Source of the DNA: Catajapyx aquilonaris
Lineage: Eukaryota
Assembly: GCA_000934665.2 (NCBI GenBank)
Contig: JYFJ02002484.1
Location: 1-56,034, forward strand
Length of the DNA stretch: 56,034 nt
Reading direction: 5' to 3'
Shown here piece after piece: positions 1-10,541 of the stretch. The notes beneath the pieces were generated by a model. That model had not been told where the DNA came from, made no database searches, and saw nothing but the letters and a program-made list of their open reading frames with translations. A program made the position numbers and the translations under genes. The stretch's first letter is position 1. Each line of letters opens with the position of its first letter.

Positions 1-3000
1 GAAATTCGTATGTCGAGAGACCTAATTGTTATCGAGGGTTGAAGGAAATTGTTGGGGACGCTTTCTCCCACCCCCCCCCCCACCCCATTGTTGAACTACC
101 AGTTGTTGAGCAGGATTATAATAGGTCAAAATTGTGTTGACTAAAATTAAATTGCAGCTAGTCCTGGAATTAATTAATTAACTCTGGAGTAGGGTGCTGC
201 CTCTGTGTGGTGAACACACTTTACAATGTCACAGGTAATATGATAATTTTTATAATTTAATACTCTGTCAAAACTACATTAATCTGTGCACTGGACATGA
301 ACATGAGATATTCAAGAAATGTGATTTCTGAAAAATTAATATTTCGGCTTCAAATAATAACGATGCCATTGAGGTAACAAAATTCACATGTGTTCAAAGG
401 ACACGTAAAGTTGACAAATGTGATGTACTATAATAATGCAAAATTTATTCAAACTTTAATAGCTGTTAATAAAAATGTAATCAAGCATGTCTCCGGATGA
501 GTTGAATATTTTATTAGAGGGTTTTGAATTCCTTATAAAATCAGAAGGAGTCCGAATCTTCACGTATGCCCACAACCCTCATTTTTATGCAGTTTTTAGA
601 TGAACTTCACGCGGAAATTTTGCGTTGTCGGGTTTGGAATACCAGACGGAAACACTGGTATAATTGTAATGAAAGTTGACGTCGAGTACAGAGTATTCCA
701 CAAAGCACTGGAGTGGATTTAATACAATTTTGCACTAAGCTATTACACTCTTCAACTGTAACTCCCCCATCATTTCGCAGCATTCCGCTCAAAAATTTCC
801 CAGAAGAGCATTTAAATTCCAACCAACGGATCTGTTTAAAAAATTACGCGCTGCAGCTGCCAAAAAAATTTCAGTATAAAACCAATGTCGAAATCAACAT
901 GAAGCCATGTCGCACATCGCAAAAAGCGCTTTTCCACAGAATGGCATGACTGTGGTCTTCTTGCTGCATATCGCCCCAACTATCAGAATAACTCAACCGC
1001 ACTGGACCGCAGCGTAATCATATGCCCGAGCCTTGATAATCGGCTTAGCGTTTCGATTGGTATATAGTAAATGAAATGGTGCACGCCTATTGAGCTCGTA
1101 TTGGGCAATTTCGTAATGACCACGTATAACACGCTGCAAAAAAAATCAATTGCGCAGTACTTGCTTGTCTCCTAACCGTGACACACGTTACTCTTGATAA
1201 TCACTCGATCACTGATCAGAAGGGTTAATGAATGAAGCGCTGATAATGACTGTAAGCAAAATAGGAGTCAATAAACTAAATGAGTAATTAGTATTTGCTC
1301 ATGTTCAGTGATGCAAATTGCGTTTGTGTTGTCCTCCTTTGGGCTTATTGGAGGTGTAAACAATGTGTCTTACAGTTAGTTGTACGGTTCACTAAAAAAA
1401 ACAATTTGAAGCAGATTTAATATGCACAGTGCACAGCGCAGGTGTTGACCCAAAGAGAGATTCGAATGCGCTGTTGAAAAGTACACAACTCGTGGTTCAG
1501 TCTAATAATTAATTGCACTATGAGAGTGCCACTTTATACAGCTGTACATTAGTAATTCGACAGCCGCTGTGCAAATATGGAGAACGGTAAATAATGCAGT
1601 AATAAAACAGGTTTCATTGCAAACAGCGGTTTCTACAATTACGGGGATCATTTATGGTTCGCAGTGAAACTGTTAGGGGCCCAGATTCCGGATCGAAAAT
1701 GCAATGTTATTGGGAGGGGGGGGGGGGNGGGAAAGTACATCGGATCAAAAGTTGGGATGGTAAAAATATATATAATGGACGCAAAAACTAGTTTGTGACC
1801 GCGGCTATTGAAGTTTAAATATCACAAACAAGGGCTTGTTCCGGGTTGCATTGGTTTTGAACTGCAGTATTATACTGCTGCTCTGTTGCGGGCGTGTACA
1901 TGCATGTTTCAGGTGTGGTTGGATTATTAGGCCGCAGCCATATCGCTTCTGAAGTCTATATTTCAGGATCGAATAGTAAATTTTAGCCTGCCTTGCGTGT
2001 GTGTTTTCGCGGCCAGACTTTTCAATTTCCTTCGACTCTAAAAATATAACTGAGTTGATTAATAAAGTAATTAAAATATGACCACATACAAAGGCAGAAG
2101 CTTGCCACTGTCTTGTACTCGTAAGAGAAGGCATAGCCTGCAGTTTGTGGAATAAATTTGTAATGTCTTCTTCAGACAGGGTTCCTCTCAAGAAGCGCAA
2201 CTAACTCTCTATTGTCTTAGACAGACAAGGAACAATATAAAAGGCACGTCACTCCGGGAAAACTTCTGAAGGCCTCACATCAATTGCTTTTCCCAGAATT
2301 TGACATCTGACATGCTTCTCCAAACTGCCAAACAAAGATGACAACGATGCTGCTGTACAGTACGTGTACCTAATCAATAATAAAGGACGCGAACTATACC
2401 GTACTGTCTTGCACTTATTACTGATATCACTTTGAGTTCCAATATCAATATGGCCAGTCACAATACAAAATATGTGCAATATGCATGTTTCAATTGATTG
2501 CACAGCCTTCTATTCCTGTATGATATTCTCTTTGAAATAATTAATAAGAATATTTTAATATTACTTGTAATTCAGACACTCAAAAAACACTATCACACAA
2601 AACACTTTAGAGAGTTACATGCCAGAAAAAAAGAGAAAACAGCAGGGTCTTTCCACTCTCCCTCGTAACATCCACTGGGGAACAAAAAAACTCCGGGGAA
2701 AAAGTTATGAAAATAGTCGCCCCGTGTGTCTGCAAACTTATCGCCCTCGCATCTGGATGTCTCTGCTGGGGTCTTCTGGCATGGGTTTAGGGGGAAGAGA
2801 CACCGCTGGAATTTCAGGAGGAAGCAAAAGGAGCCTTCAAAAACTTCCATCCCTAGACTACTGTCTTACGGAGTATTTATCAGATGAAGAAAGATGGGGA
2901 GGACGGTTTGGTACAGAAGGAAGGTATCAGGGAACAAGTCTCCATCTTGGAAAATCCGGGAAGTAATTGAGCTTGTCTAGTCAAAACCGGGGAGGGGAGA

Positions 3001-6000
3001 AGAAAAGAGGGGACATCCCACAAGTGCGACTGAAATTGGAATGTCTCCAATATGGCGACCGACAAGGGAAGGGAGAGAAAAAGTGTAGACGGAAGCAGAA
3101 GGGGGGAGGAAAGCCAGTAGATGTCTAAATTTACGACTTGATAATGCGACTGGAGAGTATGGAGAGAAGAGGTACAATTCGGAATAACCGGTTGTTATGA
3201 AATAGTCACACGCCATTTGTCATAAGGAGGGAGAGGATGACCGATAAAAATTGTATATAAAAAGGGAGTCAGGTTTCAGGTCTTGTTCTAGTCCGGAAAT
3301 GGAGACTTATTGCTTGCTGACTCGTTGCGAAAAGCTTGGCTGGAAAATAAGGGGAAAAGGAGGAGACGGATGAGTAAGGTTTTCGTGGTTGAGAGATTAA
3401 TTGGGAGCCAGAACGAGAGAGACAAAATCAGCGGAATTATGGCACACGCAAGCAAAATCTCCTCCACTGTACAATCTAAAAAAAAAACTGCATGGTTTAC
3501 AGACATAGCTATCCAAAGCTATGTGTTGCATCATGCTAGGATGAAACAACGCGGAGGTGGAAAGGTACATATGCTTATAAAATGAAATAATATTTTAAAA
3601 ATTGACATATTCCACCAAAAATTGCACAGTTCTCTCCAATTCAACCTTCCATTGAAAAAAACTCATCACGTGCCACTGATTTTCGTATGACACCAGGGTC
3701 TCCCTAACATTTCCTGACCGAGTGGTATAAAGATAGGAAGTGTGACACGCTGTCCTCGGAAAGAACTGGATGGCAGTAGGAAATGGCATCGGTGCATTCA
3801 GTAGCAATCGAGCTGGAAGGAGGAGGGCTGGATATAGTGTCCCATACAAAACTCTTGGTCCATTGTCAAGTGCGAGGAGGGATTAGGATGCTGTCCTTTG
3901 GCAGCTTAGGCCAACTTTATTCCCCTGGCCCGAGTCCAAAGGGGTCCCTGAGCTACATTCTGGTGCGGGTTTTCCAACGAGAGAGAGAGAGAGAGAGAGC
4001 TGCAGGGAAGAAAGTACGGCAGAAACCAAATGAGAGGTCTCTGAAGCCATTAGCAGCACAAGCGCGCTGGGTATTAGGGCTGCGGCTTGATTCGTGTTAT
4101 GGCCATTTGAGAGAGCCCATCGATTGTTGGGTACACATCCCACACACCCGCCGAAAAATCTGCAGATTTCCTGGAGTGTATCCAGAAGGTACTCAGCACT
4201 TTCGTATACCCGCATGCGGGTCATCGATGACTTGTGTTCCAGATGGACGGCCATCAAAGAGATCAGTTGATGGAACCCCCAGCAGCTTCCAAAAGACAAT
4301 ATTTATGGGTGGCCCGTTAATACGAAGCAGGTGTTGCGACGAGTACTTTTTTTTAGTAAGAAAATACTCCTTCCCTATTTTTCTCCTGCAGGCTCATTTT
4401 TTTTGTTGGGCGCCAGCAGGCCTCATCTCCTGGGAGAAGATGAGGAGATGGGGAAGGGGGGGAAAAGCCAGGCCCTTTTTTCCATGGATGTTGCGATTGG
4501 GTGCTCTCTCAGCAGGGAGCGAACCATCGAGCCCTTCGTGGTGAATGAGAAATGAGCTCGGCGCCAGCCAGAATAGCAAAAAAAAAGTGCGGGAGGGGGA
4601 GGGGAGAGGGGAAACCACCTGCCTCTTGCCACTTCCCCCAATCACGATACTGATTACGTGTCAAAGATGAAGCCCACCAATTACCACCTGACTCCCAGAT
4701 GATGATTTTCTCCGCCAATTTTTCCCCCTCAGCCATGTCATACTGCTATTACAATGTGGCGATCAATATCGTTCGAATATTAAATTTTTTTCGCTATTAG
4801 GCGTTAATTTCTATACTGAAGGAATAACAATTGATTTTCCTAATTGTAATAATACATTACACTGTAAACAAAAATACAGTACTGGACAAATTGCTTCATC
4901 CTGGCTTATATGCAACCGCACCCTTGTACCATATGCAGCGTAACTTTCAGGCGTAAAAATTCTGAAGGCCAATTACACAGTACGGACTATTTGCTGTAAT
5001 GATTGACCTCATAAGGTCCGATTGGTGCGACTATTGCAAAGTCCATTAGGACGTTCCAGCAGATTATTAACTAAAACTCCACGAATTATGAACACTGCGC
5101 ATAAAAAATTATCTCACTTTTTTTTTTAATTGACACGAACTTTGCACCTAGTCCTGATTAATTTTAATCCTAGTAACATTTGACATGCAGTCGAGTGCTA
5201 ATTAATCCGCAAGCAGCAAACCGCATTATGCGGGTAGGTAGTTTAGTAAGGGTCACTCGGGTATCACATCGCATTCATTGCTGCAGGGGCACGTAGATGG
5301 TAAATAAATCATACCTAACGACATTCTGGGGTTACAATATGTTACAAGCAATTCGCAGAAAAGTACAGGGTGTTTCGCTACGATTTCTAGGAGCATTCTG
5401 TGTAGATATGTTATTTTGAGCAGTATTGTTATTGAAATAACGGGGTTCAAACACACGACAGGTAATCCTGGAATTATTACGAGACATCCTGCAGCAAACA
5501 CTCATAATAAATTTTGCCTGAGTGGACCAGCATGAGTCCAGAGAGAGACTAAGCGAGAAGACTATAGAGATGCCTGGTGTGATATACGCCTCCGTTATTT
5601 CCACCGGACCCCAGCAGTGTGGAATATTAATTAGCAGCATCTCTTCCTCCAGCAAATCACAAGCACAAGTCGCGCTAGCTTCAAAGGCGGCCTTATGCAA
5701 ATTACACCGAGATAATATTTTGGTACAAAATGTTGGGAGGGGGAGCCGTGGACATGAATGCAGTAGAAATGTGGTAGCCCCTCTCTCGGCCAGCTTCCAC
5801 ATGCGGCATAATACCCACTTCAGATTGTTTAGAAAGTCTCATAAGTGTACAGTGTGGTTAGAATAGCTGGTCCAACATGTGTGTCCACAGGCACAATGTG
5901 CTAAGCTCACGATCCAAAGACTGGGTGCGAACCCAGCTAGTCGCAGAAGGTATGACTAGTGCTAATATTGAGCAACACTATTATAATAATTATTATAATA

Positions 6001-9000
6001 AAATGAATAATTAAAATTGGTATAAAATTAACAATATTCGCCCCAAATATACAAAATATCCAATAGTTGCTCTAGTTATGAATTTATTCTTTGCCCATTC
6101 CAGTTGAAATGTGACCATCCGCAGAGTGACAGCGCAGAGTGTTGAATATTCATTGAAACAATTCAGCGTCGTATAGTAGGCATAAGTACCATAAAGTTGC
6201 CCGAGCAATAAATTTTATCCGGGAGCAACTTCTTCTTGTCGGATTAACCAGTTCATATCTCCAAAAATATATGACAACTATGAGCGGTATTCAGGTGGGG
6301 TGTGGCCGGTACGTGCCAAGCTAACGATAGCTAATTAACGTCAAAATGTGGAATGGAGAATCCCGCAGCCTTCCGCGGGGAGACACTCCGTGTTGTTAAT
6401 TCAAATAACTGCTGCACATCGATTTTTTAAAAAGTGCAGTCAGGGTTATACTCTGGTTTCCACGCACACCATTTCCATAATCGGCTTTAGATCCCCACCT
6501 CTCTGATGTGGCACGGGCCAGCCGGAATTTAACACATACACACAAAAAATCTGGTCGTGTTTGACACTTCTACAGTATAGTTGCAGTTACACTGCTGTGT
6601 AAAAATTTATATTTGGGTGGGGGAGGTGTTACAGTAAATATGATAGCTCGGAACTATTGTGGGCATAACCCAGTTTTTGTACAGCATAACGCTTGAAGCC
6701 AGGTCGCTGACTTGGCTGTCATTAATGTGGAGGAATGATCATAACTTACTGAGGAGGTAACCAGCAGGACGACCCTATTTGTATGGCTTATCGCAATAAA
6801 CGTGGCAGTAATGTCAGATCAATAGGACCCTAGAGTAACCAACTAGTGTGTAATGGACCACTTTTCCTCATTTTGAGGAAGAGGCGTTTAGGGTCTATGA
6901 CATGCCCTGAGGGTAGTGTCAGATATGATGGGACTTAGTTTGCTGATAGGCACAGCACATCGATTCTCTCCTGCTATGTACACTATAAGAGCAGAATATG
7001 GTTGACGTAACTAAAACTATCTGAGTAACCAAAACTACCGGTATTTGGGTAAAAAAAATCTAAATAAATAATTTATTGTCCAATGCCTGTAGTATTCATT
7101 CCAAGTATCCAGATGACATTTTACAATTTTTCGCCGTCATTGTCAAGCACTGTCGCGCTCTAACACAGCCGTCAAGCAACAACCTCTCTTTGACGCTCAA
7201 ATCAATGGCGTCAATAACTACAACGCTGCTATTGTATTTGCACACTGACATGACATGATGATATCGTTCCGGCCACATCGTTCCGCATAACAAGCAAGCT
7301 TTAATTGACAAACACCGAGCAAGTATTCTTGCCAACTGCTTTCGACTCACCCTGTACCTATACCAGTTTACAATAACATATACCATATCGAGACACTTTT
7401 TTTGTATCACGCCAGGAAGGTGCAGCAGAGCGTGAAGTTTCCAGCACTATTTGATGGGGAAAATTCGCACATGTCCGCGCTGGCAATGAGAACTGCCTCC
7501 CAAAAAAAGGATGGGTGAATACCAGGTGTGAAAAATTTGTCGCCCGATTTCACATCCACCTACAGTTTACCTGGTTACAGAGAGAAGCAGGGGGGAAAAA
7601 TACTTTGGGGCGGATATCATGCGGGAGGCATCGCCCACACGACGACAGAGTTCGCTACTTGAATACCCAAATCCCCTAGAAAATTGCTTGTCCCCACTTG
7701 AATACATTACGGAGAGGTTTTAGCACCCAATAAAACGCTGAGATGTTATGACGCCATTGTGATCCGAGGATCCGGCTCCTGGAATCGGAGGCGCTTTTAT
7801 GACTTATTTCTGGCACCTTTTTTTTTCTCTCGCACGACCCAGATGAATTACGAGTAAGAATTTCCATATAATCCCTTATTAGGTCGTAAAAAATTAATAC
7901 CCACCTGCGACCTGTCTCACTTCGCATCAAAAATTCAAATCGTAACATTTTCGGAGCCTATGACGCTGCCTATCACTTATTGGGAGCTAAAACTAATCTG
8001 TAGTTATATTCTGAGCCACATTAAATCCGTTAAAGGGCGAGATGAATTTCGTGAGATGAAAATGTGAGCTTCAATTTTGTGCAAGAATAAATCAACCGCA
8101 ATTAAGGCGGTTCAGTACACAAAATTTAGCATCAAAAACATATGGAATTTTACAAACTAGTTCCAACACATCGAGGAAAATGTCTTTCTACTAATAGGCT
8201 TATTCTCTCCGTCGGATGTTTGTCCGACCTGATACTACCACTTTCTCTCGCACGACCTGAGCGTGGCGGGAGTGTGCAGATGGAGGGTGCGCATTCTATG
8301 CCTGAAGACTAGTACTACGTGGTACATTGGACGGCCATCACCTTAAAATGTTTAGTTGCCACTGTCGTACTGATTATAAAGGTTTTGCCAAAATAATAAT
8401 AATAATAAGCTTATCGGCAGGAAAACTCCATCGCAGGCCATCCATGTTCACGTGTATTTCCATGGCACAACTTTTGTAATTGAGGAGAGCTGGGGTAAAA
8501 TTTTCACCAATGTGGTTTTTAATCTAAAAGTTCAGTCATGTAGTTGCCCCTAATCATCTAATTAAAAGTATACCTGCTGGGCAGAAAGCAACCGCGTCAA
8601 TTCAGTAAAAAAACTTTACAACACTCTCATTTTCTCGTTTCTATCAGTTGACATATAGAGGTGGCGGGGAAGCCGCAAACCACACGCAAGTTAATGCAAC
8701 ATGTTGTTTTAAATAATAAAATTTCAAACTCGAAATGCAACATACACTATTTTGTGTGCCTAGAAGGTGGAGGTTAACCGATGCCCATATTCGCGGAGAG
8801 TTTCGCATTAATATGCAATGGCTACAAAGATGCAGTGATGCAACATGTTATTGGCACATTCAACCAACGTTGCCAGCCCGGAGCTAATGTCAGTACGTAG
8901 GAAGTAAAAATCATGCAGTGTTTGGTTATCCAAGCTATGAGTGCCAGAATTAAATGGCCCGTATCGGTGTGTCACGGTTGTAAAAATTCCTGACTGTAGG

Positions 9001-10307
9001 CCCTCGTCCATCATCCTCATAGTCCCTCGCCTGCTATTTTCATTGCTATAAGCAAACAACTGGATGTGAAACATTTGTCAAATGACAACATTGAAGAGGA
9101 TGCAACGTCCCGACTCAACTCTCCCAAGTTGAGTCCGATTTTGCAGTAAAATAACACCGAAACGTATAGCTCCATAGGCATGGAACTGGTGATATTATCA
9201 CTGAAGATATTTTTTATCTCTCCGAATATTATGAAAATAGTCGCTAATTAGGAATTTCTTTGCTTTAAAAGCCTGAGCTGAACAATTAAGCTTACATCTC
9301 CATCCAGGGTTAACATTTTAGCTACATTTTTTCATATTTAGTTTTTTTTGCAACTGGTTCACTCAACTCCAGGAGTTATTTACAAAAGAAATCATCTGGT
9401 TATATGTCCCATGGTTATTATGTCCCAACATGTCTTTTTTTCCAGCCTCATTTCGATGCCGCACGTAGAGTATATTCACGACCGAGGAATATCCCTTTTT
9501 GTACCGTAGTATCGCCTCCCTCTGATGGCAACCCTGGACGCAAGCGTGCTGCTGGTCGACTATCTCATCGCGACAATGGGTCAGGAGGGGAAGTCATAAT
9601 TGTAGAGCAGCCAGGCGCCATAGCAGTTGGTCCTGGCCCTTCCCTAATAGCCTACCCGTGTAGTTACTTTGTGAGTGACGCCAATCCTTGATGAGGTCAC
9701 ATCCCCGACGGCGCTGGGGAGAGAGAGACCGACGATGATAACAATGACGAGGTAGTGGAGGGGCTAGACAGGTGTGGGGGGGCTTATCCTGCCAAGCTCC
9801 GTCACTGACGTCACAGAGGAAATAATGATCCGGCACCACGTTTTAGAAACGAGCCTTTATCATCCTGCCTCCCAATGTGTTATCAGGAGCCCGAGAGAGA
9901 GAGAGGCATCTAGCCTGGGACTATGGCTACACTGATCCGTCACTGGCTCGGATTTTGCGGGGACTCGGTTTTTATTAAAGAGTGTTCGCTGGAGCTGGAT
10001 CCACGTCTCCGTCTACTCACGTCCCGCACTCCAAATAACTACCATCAGAGTAGGAGGGATTTCATTTGTGAAGCCATATAAACTGCCAGCCGCCCCCTGC
10101 TATCTGTTCCGATACGCACACGGTTACACCCACGGCAACGGGCAAGTCCAGCCGCAGCCTAATCCACTTTACTCTGCACATAATTATATGACATAATTAG
10201 TCCAGCCCATGTGTGAGAGCCTAGGGGTTGGGGATGCTGAAGAACTCCCAGGATTACGCATGCGCAAAGTGCAAGGGTTGCCAGACGCACACTGAATTAA
10301 AACTTAC
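1..10307 (-). other. Probable GRIP intron (>10.3 kb) running off the window
   Basis: Donor GTAAGT at 10307-10302. No PDZ2-like coding sequence was found on the minus strand in 1-10307 by eye; a short divergent exon could have been missed. Confidence 0.6.
3979..3999. repeat. (GA)10 microsatellite
   Basis: Direct reading. Shorter GA/CT tracts also lie near 12040, 15032 and 20211. Confidence 0.9.
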
Positions 10308-10517
10308 GAGACGAGGGCATCTGGTACTCTACTTCGAGCATGACCCGGTCCTGTGCGCCCCTGAGCAGGTTGACGATCTCGTCGTGTCTGAGTCCCGTGG
10401 TCCTGATCCCGTTGACGGCCACCAGGTAGTCGCCCACGGCCAGGGCGTCGCTTCTGGAGGCGATGCTCCCTGGGCGGAGGTTGAGGATCTGGGGTCGGCA
10501 TCCCTTGTCCGTGCCTC
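10308..10517 (-). CDS. GRIP1: Internal coding exon (210 nt, phase 1-1) of a GRIP-family multi-PDZ scaffold; C-terminal part of PDZ1
   Basis: Minus strand reads ttttggtgtttcag|GA GGC ACG ... TCG TCT C|gtaagt. Translation GGTDKGCRPQILNLRPGSIASRSDALAVGDYLVAVNGIRTTGLRHDEIVNLLRGAQDRVMLEVEYQMPSS closely resembles vertebrate GRIP1 PDZ1 as recalled ([68 protein letters not shown]). Strong GC3 bias against flanks. The symbol denotes the family; an invertebrate Grip would be co-orthologous to GRIP1/2. Confidence 0.95.
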
Positions 10518-10541
10518 CTGAAACACCAAAAGGGATGCCGA
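10495..10541 (-). other. Inverted repeat / predicted pre-mRNA hairpin across the 3' splice site
   Basis: tcggcatccctt (10495-10506, exonic) is the exact reverse complement of aagggatgccga (10530-10541, intronic). Confidence 0.85.

Noticed and set aside
3783..4544. Longest ORF in the track (253 aa, +)
   Set aside because: Runs through a (GA)n microsatellite and T/G runs, with no recognisable domain or codon bias; likely a chance ORF.
5921..5941. ctgggt-gcga-acccag hairpin followed by CTAG|T, resembling a Helitron 3' end
   Set aside because: Only a 6-bp stem, no spacer before CTAG, and no 5' end or second copy identified.
7345..7410. Strong minus-strand donor CAGG|GTGAGT as a possible next GRIP exon
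   Set aside because: The upstream sequence encodes nothing PDZ2-like, and the motif coincides with a CAGGGTG transposon-type end.
9806..9813. Full CRE palindrome TGACGTCA
   Set aside because: About one 8-mer match is expected by chance in 56 kb.
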